64,000 nucleotides of DNA from an uncultured delta proteobacterium (GTDB lineage Bacteria > Myxococcota_A > Polyangia > Fen-1088), in assembly GCA_963796685.1 (NCBI GenBank), contig CAWCMR010000005.1, forward strand, positions 96,001 to 160,000, given 5' to 3'. Each line of letters starts with the position of its first letter. Positions within the stretch are counted from its first letter, which is position 1. Of the stretch, positions 10,487-18,389 are shown piece after piece. The position numbers and the translations under genes were made by a program. Under the pieces are notes generated by a model that ran no database searches, was not told the origin of the DNA, and saw only the letters and a program-made list of their open reading frames with translations.

Positions 10487-11254
10487 CTAGATGAAGTGGG
10501 CGATGGCCGCCGAGAACTCGGACGGCCTTTCCAGATTGCTCAGGTGCCCGGCGCCGGCGATCTCCACCAAGCGCGCGCCGGGAATGGCCCTGGCGAGGTC
10601 CGCCATTTCCGCGGGCGGAGAGATCTTGTCCTCGGTTCCCACCATGACCAAGGTGGGACAGCCGATGGCCGCCAGCTCGGCCCGACGATCGGGCCGGTCG
10701 CGCAAGGCTCGGATGCCGGCCGAGACGCCCTCCGGGCTCTGCTTGCCGAGGCCACGCACGTGTTCGCGTACCGCCTCGCTGGCCGCGGGCGAAAGCAGCG
10801 CCGCGAGCTGACGTTCGACCAGCGCGGGTACGCCTTCTCGCGCCACCAAAGCCAGCGCGTCCGCGCGCCCAGCCCTTGCCACGTCCGAATCGGCGGCGGC
10901 GCGCGTATCGGCGAGAATCAGGCGTTCGAGGCGCGCCGGATGGCGAGCGGCGAAGGCCAGCGAAACGTAGCCGCCCATGGATAAGCCGCCCACGCTGGCG
11001 CGCCGGATACCCAGGCTGTCGAGCAATGCCGCAACATCGTCGGCCATGTCGGCAATGGAAGGATCGCCGCCGCCCAGGTCGGAGGCCCCGAAACCGCGCA
11101 TGTCGGGCACGAGCACGCGGCAGCGATCGGCCAGGGACCGCGCCGTGGACGCCCACATCCTTCCGTCCAGGGGAAAGGCGTGAACGAGCACGAGCGGCTC
11201 TCCATCGCCGAACGATTCATAGGCCAGCGCCCGATCGCCGATGCGCGCTTTCAT
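10487..11254 (-). CDS. Alpha/beta hydrolase (PcaD/MhpC-like)
   Basis: VLVHAFP, PDMRGFGAS, GLSMGG nucleophile elbow, GTED, GAGHLSNLE. Confidence 0.9.
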   Translation of the reverse strand: MKARIGDRALAYESFGDGEPLVLVHAFPLDGRMWASTARSLADRCRVLVPDMRGFGASDLGGGDPSIADMADDVAALLDSLGIRRASVGGLSMGGYVSLAFAARHPARLERLILADTRAAADSDVARAGRADALALVAREGVPALVERQLAALLSPAASEAVREHVRGLGKQSPEGVSAGIRALRDRPDRRAELAAIGCPTLVMVGTEDKISPPAEMADLARAIPGARLVEIAGAGHLSNLERPSEFSAAIAHFI

Positions 11255-11328
11255 GGGCCCGACGTTAGCACGGAGTTTGAAAGCGCGGAAACTTGCGTCT
11301 TCTCGCCATCGGCCGGACGATCCGAGGC

Positions 11329-12237
11329 ATGGGCCTGTCCGTGGATCTGGCGATTCAGCAATTCCTCGACCATCTTCGGGTCGAGCGCGAGCTGTCCGTC
11401 GCGACCCTGGTGGCCTATGGCCACGACCTGGCGGCGCTGGCACGCTTTCTCGTCGGTCGCGGCGTCGAGGACGCGTGCGCCGTGCGCCCGGTCGATGTCC
11501 TTGAATACCTGGCCGCGCTCACCGAGCAGGGGCTCTCCGCGCGCTCGCAAGCACGGACCCTGGTGGCGCAACGTCAGTTCTTCAAGTTCCTGCGCAGCGA
11601 GCGCATTTGCGACGCCAACCCCACCGAGGAAATCGACCTGCCCCACTTCGGACGCAAGCTGCCGGTCTTCCTCAGCTTGGACGAGGTAGACCGCCTGTTG
11701 GCCGCGCCAGGGCGAGGCACGCCGCGCAGAATGCGTGATTCGGCCATGCTGGAGACCCTCTACGCGGCCGGCCTGCGGGTGTCGGAGCTGGTCAAGCTGC
11801 GCCTTGGCGACCTCAACCTCGAAGCAGGGTACCTGGTGGCATTCGGCAAGGGCAAGAAGCAGCGAATCGTCCCCCTAGGCGAGGCCGCGGTCGACATCCT
11901 GCGTTCGTACGTGCAATCGGCACGACCGGAGTTTCTCAAGGACACGAGTCGTCCCACCGAGGACGCGGTCTTTCTCACGCGCTTCGGAGGGCGTATGACC
12001 CGGCAGGCCTTTTGGAAAATCCTGGCCGCCCACGCGCGAGCCGCCGGCATCGACAGGCCGATCTCGCCACACAAGCTGCGTCATTCCTTCGCCACCCACC
12101 TCGTCGAACGGGGAGCCGACTTGCGCTCGGTGCAGGCCATGCTCGGCCATGCCGACATCGGCACAACGGAGATCTACACCCACCTATCGCGCGCCCACCT
12201 GCGCAACGTCTACGACAAGTTCCACCCCAGGGCGTAG
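11329..12237 (+). CDS. xerD: Site-specific tyrosine recombinase XerD
   Basis: LYAAGLRVSEL, GKGKKQRIVP, MTRQAFW, SPHKLRHSFATHL, LRSVQAMLGHADIGTTEIYTH, FHPRA; upstream of S2P-scpA-scpB. Confidence 0.92.
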   Translation: MGLSVDLAIQQFLDHLRVERELSVATLVAYGHDLAALARFLVGRGVEDACAVRPVDVLEYLAALTEQGLSARSQARTLVAQRQFFKFLRSERICDANPTEEIDLPHFGRKLPVFLSLDEVDRLLAAPGRGTPRRMRDSAMLETLYAAGLRVSELVKLRLGDLNLEAGYLVAFGKGKKQRIVPLGEAAVDILRSYVQSARPEFLKDTSRPTEDAVFLTRFGGRMTRQAFWKILAAHARAAGIDRPISPHKLRHSFATHLVERGADLRSVQAMLGHADIGTTEIYTHLSRAHLRNVYDKFHPRA

Positions 12238-12300
12238 GCCCAGCGCCCGCCCAGCGAGGCCAGTGCGCGGGAGGGCATTGGAACACTCCCAGGGCAAGGC

Positions 12301-12350
12301 CCGGGACGGATAACGTCTCCGGGACGGATAACGTCTGACGGATAGCGTCT
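12301..12350. repeat. 18-bp tandem repeat (CCGGGACGGATAACGTCT x2 plus a degenerate partial copy)
   Basis: Read directly; abuts the left inverted repeat of the GxxExxY element. Confidence 0.85.
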
Positions 12351-12702
12351 AAGGAAGCCAGGAAAGCAGGAAGACAGAGAGTAAGCAGTACTCCCAACAG
12401 GACAAGCAGATGGGACTCGAGCATGAGGAGCTAACCCGAAGTTCCCCGCGAAGAGAAGGCAACTGCGGAATTACTGATTCCTGGAGTCGGTCTGCGAGAA
12501 CGCCCTCGCCCTCGAGCTTGCGGCTCCGATCGAGACTCTCGAGGATGTCCACTTCGCGGTCGTTCGCTCCTGGGCTAGATCCGGGCCACCGGCCCTGAGC
12601 ACGGGCTGATCTTGACCTTCGCCGAGCCAACGCTCGAAATCAAGCGCGTCACTGCCTCCCAACGGCCATACCACCCATTCCTGGCTTCCTGGCTTCCTTA
12701 GA
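12348..12702. mobile_element. Putative ~355-bp element bounded by terminal inverted repeats
   Basis: TCTAAGGAAGCCAGGAA (12348-12364) is the exact reverse complement of 12686-12702, extendable to 25 bp with 2 mismatches. Encloses the GxxExxY remnant. Confidence 0.65.
12410..12701 (+). pseudogene. Decayed GxxExxY (PD-(D/E)XK-like) protein gene
   Basis: Collinear fragments in different frames: MGLEHEELT; *FLESVCENALALEL (GFLESVY-type motif); IETLEDVHFAVVRS; EHGLILTFAEPTLEIKRV...FLASWLP*. The central part is deleted. Confidence 0.75.
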
Positions 12703-12800
12703 GGAACACCCCAGGGAGAGGAACACCCCAGGGTTCCCATGATCCCTGTGGCGGAGCCGCGCATAGCGCGGGGGTGGCAGGGCGGGAGGCAGGTGCCGAG

Positions 12801-13125
12801 CCTTCGAGGGTTCCCATCTATCGCGTTGGCGGAGCCGGGCTTTGCCCACCGACTGCGTCGGTGCTTCGGGACCTACACCTCCACGCCCTCCCCCTCGCGT
12901 CCTTCGGACGCGCCCCTCGCGCCTCCGCCATAGCGCGGGAGGGTTTGGGAACCCTTCGAGGGTTCCCATCCATCGCGTTGGCGGAGCCGGGCTTTGCCCA
13001 CCGACTGCGTCGGTGCTTCGGGACCTACACCTCCACGCCCTCCCCCTCGCGTCCTTCGGACGCGCCCCTCGCGCCTCCGCCATAGCGCGGGAGGGTTTGG
13101 GAACCCTTCGAGGGTTCCCATCCAT
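12801..13125. repeat. 152-bp tandem repeat (2 copies plus partial) of a REP-like multi-hairpin unit
   Basis: Unit starts at 12801, 12953 and 13105, with one mismatch between full copies. Contains core GCGCGGGAGGGTTTGGGAACCCT-TCG-AGGGTTCCCAT. Confidence 0.93.
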
Positions 13126-13130
13126 GTCGA

Positions 13131-13160
13131 TTGACCATCTCGGACCCCGTCGGCTATACC
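13131..13160 (+). promoter_or_regulatory. Possible sigma70 promoter for the S2P-scpAB-rluB operon
   Basis: TTGACC-N18-TATACC about 40 bp upstream of the TTG start. Confidence 0.4.
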
Positions 13161-13197
13161 CCAGGGTTCGTGTTGCGGCCATGCCGCGGAGACAGCT

Positions 13198-13875
13198 TTG
13201 AACATCGGAGCCGACCAAATTCAGCGCGCGATCCTCTATCTGATCGCGTTCATCCTCAGTATCGCCGTCCACGAGTACGGCCATGCCTGGATGGCGAACC
13301 GCCTGGGCGATCCCACGCCGCGCATGCAAGGACGCCTGACCCTGGCGCCACAACACCACATCGACCCCATCGGGACCATCTTGATGCCGATCATCATGGC
13401 CATGTCGTCGGTGCCACTGCTGGCATGGGGCCGGCCGGTTCAATACAACCCGGCCGCCTTGACGCGTCGATTCTCGATGAGCACGGGGCGGATGCTGGTC
13501 GCCGTCGCCGGGCCGGCCATGAACCTGGTCATGGCCTTCGCGGTGTCGATCGTGATCGTCGTGGCGGCCAAGCTGCACGTGCCCGCCCGCTTGCTCAACA
13601 CGCTGTTTCACTACCTGGTCTATCTCAACATCTCGCTCATGATCTTCAATCTGATTCCCATCCCCCCGCTCGACGGTGGCGCCGTCCTGGCCTGGGTGCT
13701 CCCCCGTTCCATGCACAACGTGGTGGACTTCCTGTCGCGCTACGGAGGGTTCATCTTGCTGCTCATGGTGATCAGCCCCTCGATGGGCCTGCCGCTCATG
13801 GGCGTCATCGGCTATCCCATCGACCTCATCACCTCGTACTGGGTTGCCGGCCTCAGCATGGTGATGGGCTCATGA
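13198..13875 (+). CDS. Site-2 protease family (M50) membrane metalloprotease
   Basis: HEYGH, GDPTP, AGPAMN, FNLIPIPPLDG. Confidence 0.93.
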   Translation: MNIGADQIQRAILYLIAFILSIAVHEYGHAWMANRLGDPTPRMQGRLTLAPQHHIDPIGTILMPIIMAMSSVPLLAWGRPVQYNPAALTRRFSMSTGRMLVAVAGPAMNLVMAFAVSIVIVVAAKLHVPARLLNTLFHYLVYLNISLMIFNLIPIPPLDGGAVLAWVLPRSMHNVVDFLSRYGGFILLLMVISPSMGLPLMGVIGYPIDLITSYWVAGLSMVMGS

Positions 13876-14927
13876 GCCAAGAGCGCCCTCCCTCGCCGCC
13901 GAACCCCATGCCGTCGGCTTTGCCGAACGACGCGCAGGGCAACGCAGCCTACCGCGTGACCTTGCCCGAGTTCGAGGGCCCTCTCGATCTGCTGCTCCAC
14001 CTGTGCCAGACCCACGAGCTCGACATCCTCAACATCTCCATCGCCTTCATCGCCGAGAAATACATCGAGTACCTCGAGGTGATGCAGAACATGTCGGTCG
14101 AGGTGGCGGCCGACTACCTGGTCATGGCCGCGCACCTGGCCTACCTGAAATCGCGCGAGCTCGTGCCGTCGCCCGAGCCGCTGGAAGCCAGCGAGGAGGG
14201 TGAGGATCCCATCGATCCGCGCGAAGAGCTGATCCGGCGCTTGCTCCAGTACCAGAAATACAAGCATGCGGCCGAAAACCTGGGCAACCGGCCCATCGAG
14301 GGCCGCAACGTCTTCGTGCGTGGCGCGGTCCTCGACCCCGGAGCCGAGGCGGGCTTGGCCGAGCACTCGGTGTGGAAGCTCCTCGAGCACTGGGCGCAGA
14401 TCCTGGAGAAGGCCAAGCCCCAGTACACCCACGACGTGGTCGTCGATCGCATGTCGATCACCGACCGTATCAACCAGATCGTGGATCTGCTCGAGACCGG
14501 CGAGGGCATGGTCCGTTTCGAGGATCTGCTCGGCAAGGACTTGCCCGAGGCCGAGTTGCGCCACAAGGTCGTGGTGTCCCTGCTCGCGGTGCTCGAGCTG
14601 GCGCGTCTGCGCGTGGTTCGCATCCTGCAACAAGCAGATACGGGCAGCTTCTTCCTGGCCCAGGCCGAAGGCGCCAACCTGGCCGACGCGCGCAACCTGA
14701 ACGTCACGTCGGCGAAGGAAGACGACCTCCCGCACGTGGAAGTGGCGACGGCACCCACGCCCGTGAAGGACGACCCGGGCGCCGAAAGCGCGAGCCCCGC
14801 GGGCGATACAGCCCAACTTGTACCCAAAGAAGATGTAGTCTCCGCTCCTTTCCCTGCCTCCGCCGAAGGGGGCGAGGAAGTCATCGATGGCCAAACGCAA
14901 GAAGAGCAAAAAGACACCCACGAGTGA
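13872..14927 (+). CDS. scpA: Segregation and condensation protein A (kleisin)
   Basis: FEGPLDLLLHL, AADYLVMAAHLAYLKSR, DPREELIRRLLQYQKYK, SLLAVLELAR; ATGA overlap with the S2P gene. Confidence 0.93.
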   Translation: MSQERPPSPPNPMPSALPNDAQGNAAYRVTLPEFEGPLDLLLHLCQTHELDILNISIAFIAEKYIEYLEVMQNMSVEVAADYLVMAAHLAYLKSRELVPSPEPLEASEEGEDPIDPREELIRRLLQYQKYKHAAENLGNRPIEGRNVFVRGAVLDPGAEAGLAEHSVWKLLEHWAQILEKAKPQYTHDVVVDRMSITDRINQIVDLLETGEGMVRFEDLLGKDLPEAELRHKVVVSLLAVLELARLRVVRILQQADTGSFFLAQAEGANLADARNLNVTSAKEDDLPHVEVATAPTPVKDDPGAESASPAGDTAQLVPKEDVVSAPFPASAEGGEEVIDGQTQEEQKDTHE

Positions 14928-16212
14928 AAAGGTCGCCCAAGCTCCGGCGCCCGAAGCGAACGAGAACGCCGCGTCCCCGGAAACCGCGGCCGAATCGCAG
15001 ACCGTCAATCCGTCGCTGGCGGAAGCGCCGAGCCCTGCCGTCGTGGTCGAGGGGCCTGTCGCGGAAGCCAACACCGACCCGCCCGTTTCCGACGAAGGGG
15101 CCGCCGAAGCGACCGAACCCGCGCCCGCCGAGGCCGCCGAGGGCGAAGCTGCCGACGCAGGGATGGACGCAGGGGGCGACGCAGCCCAATCGGTCTCGCC
15201 CGAGGAAACGGCCGCCCAGGATGGCATGCCCGCGGATGGCATACCCGCGGAGGGCATGCCCGCGGACACCTCGACCATGCCCGCTGGGACCGAGGCCGCC
15301 CTTGCGACGACCGAGACCGTCGAGGGCGAGGAAGCGCCCTCCGAGTCCAAGCTGGAATCGATCGTGGAAAGCCTGCTCTTTGCCTCGGACAAACCGCTCG
15401 GGCTGGCGGAGATTAAGCGGCTCCTCGGCGAACGCGACGGCAAGAAGGTGACGGCGGCGCTGGCGTCCCTCACCGAAAGGCGCAAGGGCACCGGCATCGA
15501 GGTGGCAGCCCTGTCGTCGGGCTGGCACCTGCGCACCAACCCGGAGAATGCGGACTGGGTGTCCAAGTTGCTGGTGGGCCGGCCCGTGCGCCTATCGCGC
15601 GCCACCCTGGAGACCCTGGCCATCGTCGCCTATCGCCAGCCCGTCACGCGCCCCGAGGTCGACGACATTCGCGGCGTGGACTGCGGTCCGGTGCTCAAGA
15701 CCCTGCTCGATCGCGGGCTGGTGCGCATCATCGGCAAGAAGGAAGAGGTGGGCCGCCCCATGCTCTACGGCACCACGCCCGAATTCCTGCGCATCTTCAA
15801 CCTGCGCGACCTCTCCGAGCTGCCGACCCTGCGCGAATTCTACGATCTATCGACCGAGGACCAGTCTCGCGTCGAGGCCGAGCACGGCCCGGGGCCGGAG
15901 CCGCAGTCGCCCAGCGCGACCACGCCGAAGCCCGACGTGGCCTTGACCTCGGTCATGCGCGGCGCCCTCCAGCCCGAGCCGGAGGACACGGATCCCCTCC
16001 TCGACGAGCTCGACGAGGCTTCCCAACTGGCCAAGCAGGCCCTGGGCGGAATCGAGCCAGCCCCGGACGAGGGCGAAGCGAGCGGGGGCGAAGAGGGGGC
16101 GGGTGGTCCCCAAGCTCCCGAAAGGAGAGTCCAGTCCGAAGACCTCAAGTCGGAATCCGACGGCAAGACCGACGAGGCACCACCGTCCTCGCCTCAGCCC
16201 GTGGGTGAATAG
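14887..16212 (+). CDS. scpB: Segregation and condensation protein B with long acidic terminal extensions
   Basis: VESLLFAS, LSRATLETLAIVAYRQPVTRPEVDDIRGV, GRPMLYGTTPEFL, LSELPTL. Confidence 0.93.
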   Translation: MAKRKKSKKTPTSEKVAQAPAPEANENAASPETAAESQTVNPSLAEAPSPAVVVEGPVAEANTDPPVSDEGAAEATEPAPAEAAEGEAADAGMDAGGDAAQSVSPEETAAQDGMPADGIPAEGMPADTSTMPAGTEAALATTETVEGEEAPSESKLESIVESLLFASDKPLGLAEIKRLLGERDGKKVTAALASLTERRKGTGIEVAALSSGWHLRTNPENADWVSKLLVGRPVRLSRATLETLAIVAYRQPVTRPEVDDIRGVDCGPVLKTLLDRGLVRIIGKKEEVGRPMLYGTTPEFLRIFNLRDLSELPTLREFYDLSTEDQSRVEAEHGPGPEPQSPSATTPKPDVALTSVMRGALQPEPEDTDPLLDELDEASQLAKQALGGIEPAPDEGEASGGEEGAGGPQAPERRVQSEDLKSESDGKTDEAPPSSPQPVGE

Positions 16213-16222
16213 GGAATCGACC

Positions 16223-16978
16223 GTGGCCAAAATTCGTCTCCAGAAACTCCTTGCGCAGGCTGGCGTTGCTTCGCGTAGGCGCGCCGAGGACATGATTCGC
16301 GCCGGTGAGGTCACCGTGGGTGGCGCGGTCGTGACCGAGGTCGGCATCTCGGTCGATCCGCAGCACGATCGGGTCGAGGTCCACGGCAAACGCGTGCAGC
16401 CCGAGGAACCCCAGTATCGCGTGATTCTCAAGCCCCGGACGTGTCTGGCCACGCTGGGCAAGCCCGCGGCGGACGCCGCGACGGGCTCCGCGGATCGCGC
16501 GACCCTAGCGCGTTTCATCCCCGACGTGGAAATAGGCTGGACCGTGGTGGCGCCGCTCGACTTCCTGGCCGAGGGCGTGGTGCTGCTGACCACCGACGGT
16601 GCTCTCGCCGCACGCATGTCCCGGGGCGGTGGGCACGTGCCCATGACCTACCACCTGAAATTCCAGGGCAAGGTGGGCGACGACGAGGTCGCGCGCCTTC
16701 TGCGCGGCTGGAAGTGGGACGGCCGCCCGGTGCGGCCATCCAAGGTCGTGGCCATCGCCACCACCGGAAAGAACACCTGGGTCGAGATGGTGGTCGCCGA
16801 GAGCCGTCCGCGCGTGCTCAAGGCCGCGGGCGAGCTCATCCGACACACGCTATTGAAGATTTCACGCGTTCGCCTGGGCGAAATCAGCTTCGAGGGCTTG
16901 AAGATGGGCGGGTTTCGCGATGTCACGAAGAAGGAAGTCAAATCCCTGCTTCATGACGCGGGACTCGCAGGGTCCTGA
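16223..16978 (+). CDS. rluB: RluB/RsuA-family pseudouridine synthase with S4 domain (divergent active-site loop)
   Basis: RLQKLLAQAGVASRRRAE S4 domain; VAPLDFLAEGVVLLTTDG; follows scpB as usual. Confidence 0.8.
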   Translation: MAKIRLQKLLAQAGVASRRRAEDMIRAGEVTVGGAVVTEVGISVDPQHDRVEVHGKRVQPEEPQYRVILKPRTCLATLGKPAADAATGSADRATLARFIPDVEIGWTVVAPLDFLAEGVVLLTTDGALAARMSRGGGHVPMTYHLKFQGKVGDDEVARLLRGWKWDGRPVRPSKVVAIATTGKNTWVEMVVAESRPRVLKAAGELIRHTLLKISRVRLGEISFEGLKMGGFRDVTKKEVKSLLHDAGLAGS

Positions 16979-17100
16979 ACCGATCCCAAATCCGGGCTGT
17001 TGCTCGCATCCAAACGCGCTACAATGCCCGCCGTGCCGGGCACTATCGACGTGAAGGACTGCCGTCCTCCGATCGGGAGAGTGTCTTCGTCTAGGTCAGA

Positions 17101-17146
17101 GCTCCATGCAGGGGAATTCGCCGGCTCCATGCAGGGGAATTCGCCG
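17101..17146. repeat. Perfect 23-bp tandem duplication (GCTCCATGCAGGGGAATTCGCCG x2)
   Basis: Read directly. Confidence 0.9.
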
Positions 17147-17225
17147 TCGTGGGTCCGATATGCCGGCAGACGCTTGCCAGCCGCGTTCCATTTGGCTGTC
17201 GAATCATGAGTGTTAGGAGGCCACG

Positions 17226-17681
17226 TTGGAAATCAACAAAGACTTCATGAGGCTCCTGCGAGTGTTCGCCAAGGTGGACGTTCGCTACCTACTCGTAGGA
17301 GCGTTTGCCGTCGAGTACCACGGCCAACCGCGCACCACCCGTCACATGGATCTGTGGCTCGACGACTCGGCGGAAAACATGGAGCGTGCCTACCGCGCCC
17401 TGACCGAATTCGGCGCCCCTGCCATCGCCATCGATCACCTGAACGCGGCGCCGCCGCTGGAAGTGGTTTGGATTGGCGTGCCTCCCAATCGCATCGACCT
17501 TGCCAAAGGGATCCGCGGCCTGGATTTCGTCGAGGCATGGCTGCATCGGGAAACCACCGAGCTCGAAGGCATTCATGTCCACGTCATCGGGCGCCGGGAT
17601 CTGATCGCGGCCAAGCGCAATTGCGGCCGGGCCAAGGACCTCGCCGACGCCGAAGCGTTGGAATCGGCGCCTCCAGCGTAG
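17226..17681 (+). CDS. Small stand-alone nucleotidyltransferase-fold protein (DUF6036-like)
   Basis: AGGAGG RBS and TTG start; VRYLLVGAFAVEYHGQPRTTRHMD, PPNRIDL, DLIAAKRNCGRAKDLAD. Confidence 0.78.
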   Translation: MEINKDFMRLLRVFAKVDVRYLLVGAFAVEYHGQPRTTRHMDLWLDDSAENMERAYRALTEFGAPAIAIDHLNAAPPLEVVWIGVPPNRIDLAKGIRGLDFVEAWLHRETTELEGIHVHVIGRRDLIAAKRNCGRAKDLADAEALESAPPA

Positions 17682-17686
17682 CCGGC

Positions 17687-17751
17687 CCCTCTCAGTACCG
17701 CCGCCGGGCCGAGGGCACAGCCGAACCCTCTCAGTACCGCCGCCGGGCCGA
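17687..17751. repeat. 26-bp direct repeat (CCCTCTCAGTACCGCCGCCGGGCCGA x2, period 39)
   Basis: Copies at 17687 and 17726, just after the nucleotidyltransferase stop codon. Confidence 0.88.
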
Positions 17752-17783
17752 TGGCCCGGACCCTTCGATCATGAAACGTGACA

Positions 17784-17850
17784 GCCCCTCACCCGCCTCG
17801 CTGCGCTCGGCGACCTCTCCCCGCTTCGCTTCGCTACGCGGGGCGAGGTG
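17784..17850. repeat. REP-like palindromic element (CCCTCACCC...CCTCTCCCCGC...GCGGGGCGAGG type)
   Basis: Imperfect stem CCTCTCCCCGC/GCGGGGCGAGG with GCTTCGC minihairpin motifs; resembles intergenic repeats seen in other GC-rich bacteria (recalled, not searched). Confidence 0.55.
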
Positions 17851-17857
17851 TTTCAGG

Positions 17858-18292
17858 TCAGGGTTCCCATGTCCATGATCGCGTCGGCGTAGGCTGGCTT
17901 CGCCAGCCGAAGCCACAGCGCGGGAGGGTTTGGGAACCCTCTCAGGGTTCCCATGTCCATGATCGCGTCGGCGTAGGCTGGCTTCGCCAGCCGAAGCCAC
18001 AGCGCGGGAGGGTTTGGGAACCCTCTCAGGGTTCCCATGTCCATGATCGCGTCGGCGTAGGCTGGCTTCGCCAGCCGAAGCCACAGCGCGGGAGGGTTTG
18101 GGAACCCTCTCAGGGTTCCCATGTCCATGATCGCGTCGGCGTAGGCTGGCTTCGCCAGCCGAAGCCACAGCGCGGGAGGGTTTGGGAACCCTCTCAGGGT
18201 TCCCATGTCCATGATCGCGTCGGCGTAGGCTGGCTTCGCCAGCCGAAGCCACAGCGCGGGAGGGTTTGGGAACCCTCTCAGGGTTCCCATGT
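17858..18292. repeat. Array of five identical 84-bp REP-like units plus a partial unit
   Basis: GGGTTCCCAT starts at 17861, 17945, 18029, 18113, 18197 and 18281. Hairpins TGGGAACCCT-CTC-AGGGTTCCCA and GGCTGGC-TTC-GCCAGCC. Confidence 0.96.
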
Positions 18293-18389
18293 ATAACGCA
18301 GGGAACCTAGCTGAAAAATTCGCCATCTGTTACGATGGCGACTCGGGCTGCGTCTGTCTTTCAAAGACGCCTCTCGACCCTAGGCACCC

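Noticed and set aside
11329-13125. Integron or prophage integrase with attC-like cassettes
   Set aside because: The recombinase has XerD signatures and housekeeping synteny and lacks the IntI-specific insertion; the repeats lack attC RYYYAAC/GTTRRRY ends.
17858-18292. CRISPR array
   Set aside because: The units are identical end to end with no unique spacers, and there are no cas genes in the window.
17731-18326. Repetitive ORFs on both strands over the 84-bp array (also 12649..13205 over the 152-bp repeat)
   Set aside because: They stay open only because the GC-rich units lack stops in those frames; no RBS or protein-like features.
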